Assembly (NCBI RefSeq): GCF_006345805.1
Contig: NC_043008.1
Span: 70,742,001 to 70,806,000, forward strand
Direction: 5' to 3'
Length of the DNA stretch: 64,000 bases
Origin: Octopus sinensis
Taxonomy: Eukaryota
This document shows, piece by piece, positions 38,463 to 53,059 of this stretch. The notes beneath the pieces were generated by a model. The model had not been told where the DNA came from. It did no database searches and saw nothing but the letters and a program-made list of their open reading frames with translations. The translations under genes and the position numbers were made by a program. Numbering within the stretch: the stretch's first letter is position 1; the number at the start of each line of letters is the position of its first letter.

Positions 38463-38505
<43 letters not shown>
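37864..38505. repeat. ~321-bp tandem duplication of a TA/TG microsatellite mosaic
   Basis: The unique interruptions (AGATTTACAC, CATTTAAACACGC, ATTCTTA, CACTCGTATG) recur in the same order, with units starting at 37864 and 38185. Confidence 0.85.
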
Positions 38506-38531
<26 letters not shown>

Positions 38532-41500
38532 ATATATATATGTATATACACATATGCATATATATATATATATATGTACATGTACTTATATATATATGCA
38601 TTTGTATACATTTGTGTGAATGTATATATATATACATATGTATAATATGTATACATGTGTGTACGGGAGAGTCTATATACACTTATATATACATGTAGAT
38701 TTCTTTTTAAATGAGTTTGTTTTATTTTTTCAAACATTTCCTTTTTCTTATTTTCTATACTTGCCTCTATGTTTCTGCGTGCGTGATCGTGTTTGTATGT
38801 GTGTGTGTGTTTGTGCATGCGTGTGCATGTGTGTGTTTGTGCATGCGTGTGCATGTGTGTGTACGTGTGTCTGTGTTTTCGATCTAATTATGGAGACTGT
38901 AAAGTACTGTGCAAATACAGAGCGATTGATTTACATAAAGTTTGTTGACTATAAACTTTAAAACAAATCTATTACCTTTTACATGAAAGGAAAAACGAAA
39001 CAAATCAAAGGTTGGCACAATTAGGCATTGTACTATATACGCATATATACATTATATGCATACATGTAAATGTATGTATATATGTGTGCCTGTACCGTGA
39101 TAGATGCCTGTATATAGATGTATATATCCGTGTACGTATATATGTGTAGGTATATGCATAACACACAGTTATTCACATATATCTGTGTGTGTCTAACAGA
39201 CAGCTCCAGTTTTGTTTATGTATTGAAAGATTAATATGCTGGTAGACACATTAATATGTAAATTATACAAAACGAAAAAGCTACAGAACAGAAAGCAATT
39301 TGTTGTGTTGGTAAATAGCGAGTGGCTTATCCATTCTTTCGTCCGGTGTATAAATGAAATATAAATCAAAAGAAAAATATATTTCTTTGTTTATTCTCGA
39401 GTCATTTCTGCTGGTGTTGCTGCTGTTATTGGTAGATTGTTAGATCAGACGAGATATCTGTTATATTAAGAATCGCATTCACAATTCTAATCATATATAT
39501 CGCCAGAACTTAACCACAAACCACATTCCATTGACTTGCTTTTCACTGATCTTCTACAAAGATCAGATGAAATATTCATCAATATGGTGCTTAGAATCTA
39601 CACGAGTCTTATTTCTCTTTTACCCTGCAGAGATATATCCCTGTTTTCTTCCATAACTTCGTATTAAGCTTGGAAGTTACGGCCACCTTTATTTGCTAAC
39701 ACCAGAATAACGGTGTTACGTGGCTCCCGTACGTTACTTCTTCCATTACCACTATACGTGGCTTCTAGTCATGTGTGACGATGGAGAATTGTCGTTCTAA
39801 TTGACTCAGAAATGGTGCAGGCTATATTATCGCATAGTTATATGTTAAACGGTAGATTAAACCACATTACCTCAATTGCATTCAAGCTCTAGTCAAGCCA
39901 GTCTCCAAAAATATGCTCCAAAAAGTTGCCAGAAATGTATCCACCAGTTCACCTTTCCTTCCAGCATTGTTGTTGTTTAGACTCAGTTTAACCCTGGGCG
40001 TGCTGATGCCTGTTCAAGGGTGTTCTAGTCATATTTATCTGTTTTATCTTATAAAAAGAATATATCAATAACTATATTTCGAATGTCTTTCCTTTCTCAA
40101 GTGTGTAGGCATGGTGTCGGTTGAGGGAAAATTTCCTATTTTTTTCTTGCCAATCAAACGACCACATACAAGCTTCCACGTTGCACCGCCCTGCGTAAAA
40201 TTTACTTGTAAACGCTGAAATTGTGAATTAATATTATCACCTTACTTTTTTTTAAAGGACCTAACACATCCAAGGGCAGTAACCTACTTCCTTTTATTGA
40301 GTAACATAAACCGCCATCCATGTTTTTGGAAACTTTGCAATAATAGTTCCACAGATTGGTAAATTTTATGAGAATGGTCTGGTTTAATGGATGCCATTGA
40401 CATCACTATAAAACAGGTATATATTTTATCGACTGGGAGCGGCTGTGCAAGTTAAACATACCCTAGGATTTGAACTCAAAAAGTAATGACTAAAGATCAT
40501 AATTTTTACTGTTGCTGTATTGATCCTATCATTCACTACAAATTAACACAGGACATAAAGCATCACATTTTCGCATACTTGTGTACTCGTGTGTGTGTGT
40601 GTGTATTTGTGTACTTGGTTGCGTGTGTTTGTGTGATTAGTCATTTATATCAACCTCAGCATTTGGCTGGCATTTTATTACATTGGCCTCCTTATTGACC
40701 GCTTGATCATGGTGGGATTTGACCCTCACTCTTATTGATCCCTTGATTCGATGGAATTTGAGCTCAGATCATACTGAAACATATCAGCAAACATTTTGTC
40801 CGTGGTTCACCCGATTCTTAAATTTACTGCACATTTCTTTCATTATCTACACGGCCACACGTTTTTACCGGACACGGGCAACTTAATAGATGACAACATT
40901 GGAGTTGTACTTTTTTGCTTTTTCCAGTATGGAATGACTGAAGACAAAATCGATGCCGCTGGGATTGGAATCTAAACCTGAAATATCACGTGGGCAAATA
41001 CAGCAAACGATTTAGTACGGTCCTCTATCATCTCTGCCACATGGAGAGGTGAAATAATTAAACTCTGCGAGGAAATGTCAAATAAAGCAGCAGCTTCCAT
41101 TTAAATGTGTTTAATATTCATTGTCAAGTCTGATGAAAGTTGGCATTACTTGAAAACAGCGGGAAACAAAACACAACGCCAAATGGCAAACAAAACGAAA
41201 AAAGATCAGAACAAAAAGTAATAATAACATAGAGTTAATATTTGTAGAGTGAAATACGATTAGAATATGCATGAGATTAAATAAAAGACATATTTTACAC
41301 GGCGTGGAGGAAGATGGTGGAGGGAATAAACGTCATAAGGTTAGGAGAGATCATATGTGACAGATGTCATAAGGTTATGATGAGATTTTCTTTTAGGTTT
41401 TGACAATAAAATTTACAAACAAAACAAAAAAAAACGTTAATCGGGTTGGAATATGAAGACACTGGAACAGACAGAAAATGAATGCCATGTACGTCAATGA

Positions 41501-41609
41501 GATACCAGACAGGCAGACACACACGCGCTCGTGCATCTGCACACACTCGCGTGCGCGTGCACTCTCGTACACACACACATACAAATATAAAAGTATGTAT
41601 ATATATAAA

Positions 41610-42852
41610 CTGGGTGTCCCCTCAAAAAATCTGTTCACATATTGAATGATTATGAAGTCAATCCAAATTAAAATACATATCATTTTCAAAATTTAATAGA
41701 ATCTACAGAGTTTAGTTTTCTTTTTTAATGAGCAATTGTCTTCAAAGTTATGACCGTTCTGGTCCAGGCATTCCTCAATAGACGAAGCAAGGGAATCGCA
41801 AAGAACAAGAAGCATTTCGTTTGGTTTTTGTGCGCATTCTCGTTTAAATGGCTGCCCACAGATAAATCTTAATCGTTTAAGTATCCCCTTAAAATGGGTT
41901 GTGGTTTGGCGGTCCAGTTAACAAGGACGAAATTCCACTAAACTACTTTGTCTAATCCACCAGTTTGATAAGATCTCCTCAAAGTCGGTCCTGAGATTAC
42001 TTTCGTAGTGTAGGTGTACCACATCCTATTGGAAATAAAATTACACGTGTTCAAAATCCCCTTAGCATAGCAAACTATCGCAGCAAGTTGGAGTAAGTAG
42101 GGCTAGTCACTGTATCGTCAAGAGTAAATGGTTTAATTAATTTCTTTGATGTTAAGCCGAACCATACTGTAACTAGTAGTAAATTAACTTAATGTTCTTC
42201 TGTAATATGTGGATTCTCGAACTCCAGTGGGTGCAACTGTGGCGGTAAACACTTTAAATTGAAGTGTTAAAGTGTATTTTCATCATTCCTAATTATCTTT
42301 GTTGGAAAGTGCATCTTCTACACACCTTGGCAACTACTACTCACAAAACTCCATTTTTCGGTGCGGATCAACTTCATTTAAAGCATGATCTATTCATGGG
42401 ATGTAACTCTTGCAATGGCTCTTCAAAATACGTTGAATGCTTCGTTTTAAAATTTCTATCTAACGAGTCGTTTACCGCAGAGATTTTTTTCTGAATTCTA
42501 ATAACTTTCTAGTAAAATGTCTTAATGTGTTTTGCTCACCCACGTCCGTGGTCTTCCGGAACATTTCTTGTGGACATTTTAAACAGTTCTATTTGTTTCA
42601 AACTTATCTTTAATTCAAGTGATTGTAAGTTGCACATGTGCATGGGTTTGAGTCTCCCTTCTAAATTGTCTCTGCAGTTCGACTACATTTTCAAACTTCC
42701 AGTAACACTTTCGGAAAATTGTCCTTTCATCAAAATTAGTCTGACACGCTTCATTGTTTTTAATGGGTTAAATCTCGAAAGAAACGAATATCTAGTGAGT
42801 TTCAGTGAGTTTCCAGCTGTTAAAGTGTGTAAACATTTATTCGGGAACTATG
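41610..42852 (-). mobile_element. Near full-length decayed Tc1/mariner-superfamily transposon (probably maT/DD37D-like)
   Basis: Reverse-strand peptides KCYWKFENVVELQRQFRRE, KDKFETNRTV*NVHKKCSGRPRT, SIQRILK, HALNEVDPHRKMEFCE, RGYLN, ECLDQNGHNFED. Degenerate TIR-like ends are CTGGGTGTCCCC (41610) and TTCCCGAATAAATGTTTACAC (reverse, ~42850), near TA-rich flanks. Confidence 0.78.
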
Positions 42853-44208
42853 TATATGTATATATGTGTGTGTGTATGAATGTTTATCGGTCGCTCTCTC
42901 TTACTCTCTCTCTCTCTCACCATATATATTCATGGATAGATAGATGAGAGATATAGATATATATGTATTCACATACACAGAACACACTCATACACACACA
43001 TTTATGTAACTGAACAAGCTAGCAACAGATTATTTTTGTCAAAAATGCTTCATACCAAAATGATTACAATATGGCGGCTTCCACTCCAGTAGTTGAAGAC
43101 ATTTCAGTGTGCAATTTTTGTCTCATTCAGCTTTATCACATTCCTTTCATTGTCATTTATATTGAGTTTTGAACAATAGCATTTCCAAGACCACTAGTGT
43201 ATCAGACGCTTCTCGGGATTCACAATCTAAAGAAAATGATATCGGTGGAACAATTGTTGTGGGGTTTTTGTATGAGGCAACAAAGCTACATAATAATAAT
43301 GATAAGGTTATAACGGATAAAATCTTCTTGAATATACTAACATTTTATTTCGGTTTACTTCTAGTATCCACAGTATATAACCTGTGCTCTGTATCTAACT
43401 CTTGATGCTTTGGCTTGTATTTTTTTCAACGAATAGAATTTCCGAAATTAATTTTATCGGTTTTGTGTAATTCTATATAAAACAGTACAAGCACATCTCA
43501 TATGTTTCTCTATGTAGTTTTATTTTTCATGTTCTGTCTTATAATAAGACGGCTGGATTATTTTGAGTTGAGGTAGAAACACGTATCCACAAATGTCTTC
43601 AAGTCTCCTGTCTTTTGTTAAATGACATTTCAATTCAGGAAAATTCTTCATTCTTAAGATTATGACCCATTCTCATCCAGAGCCTGTTACAATCGCTCTC
43701 AGTCGTTTGTTTAGTGTTTGTCAATTGAAGATAGTTTCTATAAATCAATAAAATTTTATTCCTCTTAGTCGTTCAAATTCACGCTACTGACACAATCAGT
43801 TATTTCTCTTAGTCAGTTTTTGATTTTCTTTTAAGTACGCAAGTTATCCTACTCCATAAATGTTATTTATTTTTTTGTATGTCTAACTCTAATGGAGACA
43901 AGATAAAACACACCTAATTTTGACAGGCAAACAGTTTTGTATATTCTAAAGATATCGTAAAGTATTTAATAGGTAAAATAATAAATATAAGTAATGTTAA
44001 AGCAATAACATTAAGAATATTGAACCAAATAAAACATTTAATAATTACAACAGAGGAGGTCAGTGACATTTGAGAAACTCTGAATATTAACAGAGATGAG
44101 CCTCACACACACACACACACACACGCACACACACACACACACACACTCACACACACATATCTATATATGTATTCATATATACACATACACACACATATAT
44201 CTTTATGT

Positions 44209-44420
44209 GGAGGCGCGTGACCCAGTGGTTAGGCTATGTACACTAAAGATCGCCAGGTCGTGTGTTTCATTCACGGACGGGACAGTGCGTTTTGTCCTTG
44301 AGCAAAACACTTAATTTTTCTGTTGGAAATTTGGCAGAATCGTTGGTGCTTATGCGGTATATTTTCCCGCTCTCTACATTCTGGGTTCAAATCCCACATG
44401 TCTTGAAAATAAGTCACCAC
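44209..44420 (+). mobile_element. Decayed SINE head B/CORE fragment abutting a family N fragment
   Basis: GGAGGCGCGTGACCCAGTGGTTAGG..TTGTCCTTGAGCAAAACACTT, then TTGGCAGAATCGTT..GCGGTATATTT..CTGGGTTCAAATCCC. Confidence 0.62.
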
Positions 44421-44578
44421 TTCAGTGCTCATCTCAATTCTAGTAATGGTAGCTGAAGATCCAGCAATCTACTTAACGGCAACAGAGGAGGGTACGAGCC
44501 GTATAGAAAGTGCTGTAGCAGGTTCACATGAAGAGAACCTGCCCAAGAGCAATCAACACTTCACTATATATATATTTA

Positions 44579-44620
<42 letters not shown>

Positions 44621-44974
44621 CATATACATACATATATACATATTTATATATATACATATATACATATATATATATATATTATATATATCTTTATATATAT
44701 GTATATATTTACATGTGTGTGCGTGTGCGCACACGAGAGTGTGGACAGAAAAGATCACAGGGTGATTATGAAGGAGTGATACTACAGCTGTAAAATCTTG
44801 CATGTTGTAATTTCAAATATTCTTATTAAATAACTAGTGTTTCTTTCCACGTAAACCGACATCTGACAGTTCAAAGATGACTTCGGAAGTAACTGATAGA
44901 GACTTCTGTTGAAAATGGCATCTTGGTGTTATAAAGTACCTGCAGAAAAAGGGTTCAGCCCCCGAAAACATTCA

Positions 44975-45722
44975 TATTGACATGGTTGATATATTAGGGG
45001 AAGACGCTCCAAATTTATGAACAGTGCAAAAGTAGACAGCTGGATTTAAGAGGGGAAGGGAGCGTCTCGATAATGACCCAAGATCTTGACATCCTGCAAC
45101 TGTCACCACAGAGATAAACATTGATCGTGTTCACCATATGATGATGGAAAGCAGGCGATTGACAATAAGTGAAATAGCCAATGCTATTAGGACATCCCAT
45201 ACGAGACTTAAGAGTTTTATGCATTATGAACTTAGCATGACGAAGGTTTCTGCTCGGCTGATTCAGCAGGTTTGCTTGAACGTTTCTTAACCCAAGATCT
45301 GCGATGGGTTTACCACTTTCACGAAGAAATGAGTGGAAACACACTTCCTCACCTACTCCAAAGAAGACCAAGGTCGCTTCATCAGCAGGGAAAGTAATGG
45401 CATCAGCTTTTGGAATGCAAAAGGTATTGTGTTTATTGACTAAATTCAGAAGAGCCACACCATCAATAGAGAGTATTATGCCAAATTGGTGTGGTAGTTA
45501 CAAAAGACAATCAAGGACAAAGACACAGAAAAACTGACGAAAGGGGTTCTGTTACATCAGGACATATCTCCGGCACAAAAACCCTTGCTTTCATTGGCGA
45601 TGTACGTTAGTGTGGCTCTGTGCTAGTTGATCACTTTCCCTATTCTACTTTGTCCCATTTGACTATCATCTGTTCCCCAACAGATATATATATATAGCAC
45701 ACAAACTTTATTGACTCGTTTC
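44975..45722 (+). pseudogene. mariner transposase relic
   Basis: Peptides GEDAP..FKRGR..DNDPRS..RRLTISEIA, KVSAR, WKHTSSPTPKK..SAGKVMAS, KGIVFID, TIN.EYYA, KGVL.HQD..PA, DH.PYS..DYHLFP; internal deletion and stops. TIRs were not identified. Confidence 0.88.
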
Positions 45723-45867
45723 CAAAAGCCAATCCTCATTTAGTTAGCTATAAAATTCCTGTGTTTTTAGTTGTAGTTCAAGTGTTCAAGTGTTCAAGCT
45801 GGCGCTTAAGCAAAAATTCAACCTAAGCGCTAGATTCATGACGGAAAATAAAACGTGCACTGAGAAA

Positions 45868-46142
45868 TCGTTCCGGGATCAGTCCCACTGCGTGGTACCT
45901 TGGGCAAGTATCTTCTACTATAGTCTCAGGCCGACCAAAGCTTTGTGAGTGGATTTGTCAGACGGAAACTGAAAGAAGCACGTGTGTTTAGTCCCCGTAA
46001 CTTAGTGGCTCGGCAAACGAGTCCGATAGAATAAGTACCAGGCCTACAAAGAATATGTCCTGGGGTTGATTTTCTCAACTAAAGGCGGTGCTCCGGCATG
46101 GCCGCAGTCAAATGACTGAAACAAGTAGAAGAATAAAAGTAT
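45868..46142 (+). mobile_element. SINE family M lacking the internal microsatellite
   Basis: CAGTCCCACTGCGTGGTACCTTGGGCAAGTATCTTCTACTATAG (CORE-like)..GACGGAAACTGAAAGAAGC|GTGTTTAGTCCCCGTAAC..GATAGAATAAGTACCAGG..GGCCGCAGTCAAATGACTGAAACAAG. Confidence 0.85.
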
Positions 46143-46169
46143 ATAAGTATATATATATATTTATATGTT

Positions 46170-46250
<81 letters not shown>

Positions 46251-46654
46251 GAGAGAAGGAGAGAGAGTGGGAGAGATACGTAAGTATGTACGTATGCTAT
46301 TTTTGAGAAAGCTATTGCAATGCAAGTTCTGAATAAAGATATGTAAATAAGTTCAGCACCAAAGGAAATAAAACAGTAGTTTACATATTTACTTTGTATT
46401 TCAATAGTGTGGTAGGTTAAAACCGCTTTGTCAGGAAAAAGACAGGGAATGTTAACGAGCTGACATGCCGGCTATATATCATATTTTAACGACGCAATCA
46501 ATCTTTATATACATACATACATGCATACATACATACATACATACATACATACATACACACATACATACACACACACATATATATTATATATATATATATA
46601 ATATATATATATACGTATATATATGTGTATATATATTATATATATATTATATAT

Positions 46655-46690
<36 letters not shown>

Positions 46691-47060
46691 CATATATACA
46701 TGCATTTATTTATATGTATATATGTGTGTGTGTAGGTTAAACATGCACTGGAATTTGTTGACAAATTTCAATTCATTCGGCTATAAATTGTGACAATACT
46801 GGCAGGAATAGCATGTATAAGTTTACCCGAGGTAAATATAATGTAAAATACTTTATTCTGTTATTCTGAATGTTAGAAAATTAATATATTTCCTCTTCTC
46901 ACTAACCGGAAGAGCTGTTAGTGAGCGGCGAATGAATCAACATCTAAAATTGTAAACATGTCGCCTTCAATACAGCAAAACTGCGCCGTCGTCGTTATTC
47001 AAAGGGAACTAAATGGACGGCCTTGCAGAGGAATATATACATACATAATACATACATACA

Positions 47061-47096
<36 letters not shown>

Positions 47097-47149
47097 TATA
47101 TGTATATATACATATATGTATATATATATATATGTATGTATATATATAT

Positions 47150-47181
<32 letters not shown>

Positions 47182-47412
47182 CATACATACATGTATATAT
47201 ATATATCTCTCTATATATATATATACATACATGTATGCATGTATGCATATATATGTGTGTGTGTGTATGTACATATATACGTTTATATCTACATACATAT
47301 GTATGCATATGTATATATGTATATATATATATATATACATACATGTATACATATATATCTATGTGTATATATATGCATATATATATATATATATAATATA
47401 TATATATATATA

Positions 47413-47455
<43 letters not shown>

Positions 47456-48522
47456 GTGTATATATATTTGTATGTCTCTATATATATTAAAAACACACAC
47501 ACTTATACATTCATATATAGCGATTATTTATATTATGTGTAGGCATACATATACGTACACATGTACACTCGCATACAGAAACACACAAATACACACACAC
47601 ACACATATTTATATGTTTGTATTTTTGTGCATGGGTATTTGTGAATGAGTGAATGTATAATTATCTTGGTTTCTGCATATGCATGTACGTATACGTATTC
47701 ATGCTTGCGTGTTTGTGAGTATCTTTGCGAATGCTTGCGTGCATTGTGCGCGTACACGTCAACGTTTGCTTTTGTGTACGTTTTGCATTTTCTGGCAAGT
47801 GGAGAAATATACAGCACAGCTAGCCAAGAAACCAACCTCTATGGCTACATTTCTCTGAAGCATACAAGTAATAACTATGATAATTTGAAGAGATAAGCAG
47901 TGGTCTGTGTCAGCAAGCAGCAATGTAGTGTAAAACGAAAATAAATAAGGTATGTCTGCTGCTCATTGAAGAGAGAAAGTATATGTTTTCGGTAAAGTCC
48001 TTCATTAGAGATAATAATGTTGTTCCATCGCAGAATTATCGTGACGAAAAGCTCTAGTTGAAATGTTGATTCTCTTCTATATATTGCGGTAGGCCACCAT
48101 CATACGTCATGTCCAAAGGATTATCACAACCTCGTTGGACATTACTTAACTAGAACAAATGTGATTTCTGGTCATATGGAGCACAACAGATTATCGCATT
48201 GATTTTTGTAATCGTTTGTGTTTATTTCTTGTTCTGGTTAATCAGTGCTGGCAAGTTTGTGCGTGTGTAGACTGCATGTGCGTGTGTAGTGTGTATGTGT
48301 GTGTGTGTGAACGTGCACGTGCGTATATGTTTGTATGTATATATGTTTAAAGTAGATGTATAGCTGTCCTTATTGATATATACACACATATTTTAGATTA
48401 TATATATATATATGTATATGAATTTATATGTGTATGTATATATTTAAGGTTGATGTATAATACACGTAAATGTTTATGCAATCTCTCGATCTGTCTGTTT
48501 GTCTCTGTCTCTGTCTATCTGC

Positions 48523-48611
<89 letters not shown>

Positions 48612-48697
48612 CTTACTTGGAAATGGATGCGTGGCGTTTAATCAAATAATAATATAAACAATAAATATATTTGCATATGTATATATTTATAAACAAC

Positions 48698-48849
48698 GGC
48701 AGAAACACATGGAAAACAGGACAAGTAGCATAAGAATCGACCCATCATCAGGTGTCGGCTCTCTTCGGAAAGAGGAGTAGATGGGCAGCCGACAACTGAT
48801 GAAGGGTCGTTCCTTATGTTACTTGTCCCGTTTTCCATTTGTTTCTGTC
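48698..48849. repeat. 63-bp-arm fold-back element
   Basis: 48698-48760 vs 48787-48849 are ungapped inverted repeats (55/63 by my count) around a 26-bp spacer. Confidence 0.88.
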
Positions 48850-48940
48850 ATTTATATATACAAAACTTTTGTTTTCGTATTTCATGTACTTACGGTTTGT
48901 ACATATATATACTATTTATATTACACACACACACACACAC

Positions 48941-48997
<57 letters not shown>

Positions 48998-49127
48998 AAA
49001 AGAATAAGAGAAGGGAAATTCTTTAACACATTCTTTAATATAATTTACAATTGTTTCCGTACCATCTCCATTAGCAAAGCTAGTTTACATGAAAATTCTA
49101 AATGAGCTTTTTGCTCTATACTGATTG

Positions 49128-49209
49128 AACTAATCCTTCGACTACCGCGGGTGTAATGTTCCAGAAGCTCCCGTGATAGGTGAACCGCGATATAGTGGAG
49201 GGATTACTG
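49128..49209. mobile_element. pogo/Tigger-type MITE
   Basis: Left end ACTAATCCTTCGACTACCGCGG and right end reverse CAGTAATCCCTCCACTATATCGCGG followed by TA, typical of pogo-family CAGTA.TCCC TIRs. Confidence 0.62.
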
Positions 49210-50193
49210 TAAATGTATATATGTAAGAAGTACTGGGAAAATTTTGAAAATACGTGAAACATATATATATATATTTATATTTGGTGAAAGTGAAGAATTA
49301 TTTTATTATTTGTGTTTATGTGTATAATAAATAAAGATATAACGATACATTTTTATAGAATAAGCCACTTTGCATTATAGTTTAACTGAAATATATGTTG
49401 GTATACGTATTCTTAAGATGGGTTTGACATATATAATTTTTATAAGCATAAAAGTGAAAAGTGATACGTATGGAAACGAACATGGACAAATAAGAGGTCA
49501 CATGATGGTTCGAAAATGTCTATAGAAAAAGTTTTAGTGTATGAACTTTTGAGTTTTGCGTCTAAAAGGATCTTATACACACACACTCACACACGCACAC
49601 ACATATTTACATATACACATACATACACACATATCTATATACACACACACATGTTGTTTTTATATCTCTATACACCTCCACCATATATTTCCCAATATCT
49701 GAACATCTCGAAAATCCGGGTCATCACCAAATTTATAACTTTGTAATCTCCGTGAGGTTGCTCGATGTGCTAGGAATAATAACCAGTTCTCCCTTAAACT
49801 CTAAGAAAGATGCACTAGATAACATAGTTCCGGACATATTGGCATCCTCCGTGCCAAAAAAAAAAAACAACAAAAAACACCGACTTTAAACGGAGTGCTG
49901 CTTGATCAAACAAATTAAACAGCATCAAGCAACAATAACAGCTTTTGGGGTTCGAAATGATGAGCTTACGTCAAGGTTAGAAAACTGTGTTATCTATGCT
50001 ACTTAGATTTACTGTGTTAGTTTCGATGAGAATTGAACGTCGAAGTTAGATAAGAAGTACATGATATAAACATAGAAAGACTGTACCGAAGATTAATCGA
50101 TATAGATTTGCAGTAAAATAAAACACATCCTAGTCAAACATCCATGGGGTACATACATACATGCACACACACACGCGAGCATATATATATATG

Positions 50194-50226
<33 letters not shown>

Positions 50227-50377
50227 TAACATATCTATATATATATATGCATATATATAAGCATATATATATGCATATATATATATACACATATATATAC
50301 ACACATATATATATATATATGTGTGTGTATAAATATATAGATATATATATATACATGTACGTACATATATACACATG

Positions 50378-50435
<58 letters not shown>

Positions 50436-52577
50436 CATACATATACATATATACAGTTATGCATTTATACACGCAGATATATATGCATATGTGTGGATGT
50501 GCATATATGTCTATATATATATTTACATATGCTTGTAGTTGTAACTTTATGCATACTAAAACAGTACACTTAGATATGCAGAGGATGTGTTTAAGAGTGT
50601 ACAGTTGTATGTATTTATGTTCGAAGTTTGTTTGTGCGTATACTAATCAATGTATGTATATATATTTATATGTCGGACGATTTTACACTCACATATATAC
50701 ACACTGACTTTCGTATAATTGCCTGTATGTTTAGCTATGTAACTTCGCTTACACCCACATACAGTTACTTATATATGTATGTTTGTATATATATATATAT
50801 ATACATGTATGTATGCGTGTGTGCGTATTCACACACACACATACATACATACCTGCATGTTCTGGTAAGTGTATATGCGAGTTTTAAATTCGTGTGATGT
50901 CTCTGTGTTCTGTGGACCATAAACATGAGCAGCTGTCTGTGTGTCTTCTGTGTGTTACAATATGTGTAGGCTGTAAGCATGTATATGTGCGTATGTGCAT
51001 ATGTGCTTGTGTACGAGCGTGTGTGTAAGTCTGTAATTATCCAGCACAACAAATAAGCCGTGTATATGTCTTCCACTTGAGCAGTTCCTACAACACAGGA
51101 AATTCATTAACTGTCGACGTTCGATGTTTTCTAGAAACATCCAGTATTGTTATTCCACCTTAATAAACAGTAATTTATCAACGTATGCTACATTGAAAAA
51201 TCTTGTCTGTGTGTCGATAGAAACCTAGAAGCTATCAACTATGCAAGATCAAAGACAGAAACAGCTCATCACACCATCTATCACGCACTTATCAAATGCT
51301 AGTCTCGTAACAATCTGAGATAACCTGTTATGGAAGCGACATACAGTTCACATAAAATTGCAAATCTACAATATAAGGACGGAGCTGTTACGTCGGGGGT
51401 CCCAAACTTAATTTCACCTCTCTTACCAGCTAAACATTTAGGAGGTCCGATTACGTTTTATACTGGAGCACAGGTAGCTCTAACACACTGAGATAGTGTT
51501 CTCAGATTCATACGTACGTACATACATGCATATATACATACATACATACATATACATACATACAAATATACATACATATGCTTTCTATTTTTTCACTCTA
51601 TCACTGTTATGTTTGCTCACTCAAACATATTTTTTATCAAACAAACAAATCCGTACCAACCAAACAAAATAAAAATGCATAAATAAAAATTTAAGAAGAC
51701 ATAGTTAAAAATTCACGTCCGAAAGTCCCTTCTCATTTCCGGTTTAGTCCACAACGCGGCACCTTGTTATGATATGTGATGTATATACAAGTTGCCAATA
51801 AATTATGTTTAGAGTTTAACTAAAACAGAGAAAAGATAAGAGTTAAGGATAACTTAGTTATCAGTAACAAATAAAGTTTTTAATAGAAACATCTGAACAC
51901 TTCCAAGTGGACTCCATTGGTTGTCTGCAAGACATCAGGCGATGCAATATAATAAACTGTGGAAATTGTAAATTAATTTATATTGGGTATGTATGTGCTT
52001 GTGTGAGAGCGTTTCTATTTGAACCACTATGAATTTAATAAGTTAAAATGGAATATTTCTAATGCCATTAGAAAATAATAATAAAGTGATGCAGCACGGT
52101 TTTTTTATCGCGGTCTCAAAGCGACAAAAATATTTTGACAAATTAAATTTAAATGTTGAAGTGAATCTAAAGGATTTTGTATGTTTCTTAAATGGCTTAT
52201 AAACACCTTCCACGCTACAATTGGAAAATAAAGGAAAATAAAGGGAAAAAAACCAAACAAAACATCCATGGATGTGTTTCAAACATACTTATCCATATTC
52301 CAAAATAACGATATCAGGGTCAAATAACTAAATGGTTTGTCAAATCAGCAAGTGAAACTTTTGAGTCTTAAGCTTTTAGGCTAATGACTTCTAATTAGGC
52401 GGAAGTTCAGATACAATCTTCATGTGCAGAGAGCTATAAATAATCAGCTTTCGCATTGGCATACGCCTACTTACACTGGCTACAATTTGTCAAAGGAATA
52501 TACAATATTAAAGTATATATATATGTATATGCTTATATGTTTACGCATGTTTGTGTGTATGCGTCTCATATAGTTTC

Positions 52578-53022
52578 CTTGTTTCATTCACTGTACTGCT
52601 GCCATGATTAATCACTGCTTCGAAGGGCTTTTACTTGAATGATTCAACCCAGTACTTATTATATCGGTGTCTTTTGCTGAACTGCTAACTTACTGAGACA
52701 AAGAAACCGAGTGTGGATGTCAAGCGGTGGAACGGGGCAAAGAGAAACACAAAGACACATACACGCAAAAGTACACAAACATACAAGCATACATGCATGT
52801 AAATATGTGTGTGGGTGCGCGCGTGTGTACATATAAATATACATATATAAATACGTATACATATACATATATCTATATATATACATATATATGTGTGTTA
52901 TTTCCCGGCATACATGCACAAGGTTTTAGTTGGCCCCGGATATCGTAGAAGCTGCTTTCCAAATGTCATGCAGTGGCATTGTACCGGGAATGATGTGGTC
53001 ACGAAGCAAAATTCTTGCCACT
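52578..53022 (-). mobile_element. SINE family M, decayed
   Basis: CCCAGTACTTATT..ATCGGTGTCTTTTGCTGAACTGCTAA..TGTCAAGCGG..(CA/TA)n..GTTGGCCCCGG..GTAGAAG..ATGCAGTGG is the reverse of family M. Confidence 0.68.
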
Positions 53023-53059
53023 TCTAGAATAGTTCTATTTCTCTTGTGTCTTGAAGTGT

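Noticed and set aside
37788-38854. Long YI/CV-repeat ORFs (up to 302 aa), and similar ORFs at 34.4, 47.0 and 50.1 kb
   Set aside because: (TA)n/(TG)n tracts lack stop codons by construction; not genes.
43060-43405. Possible host exon(s) (MAASTPVVEDIS.. / ISKTTSVSDASRDSQSKENDIGG..)
   Set aside because: No recognisable domain, weak splice signals and no supporting neighbouring exons; needs RNA-seq.
51385-51450. GGGGGTCCCAAACTT resembling a hAT-type TIR
   Set aside because: No matching second TIR or 8-bp TSD found.
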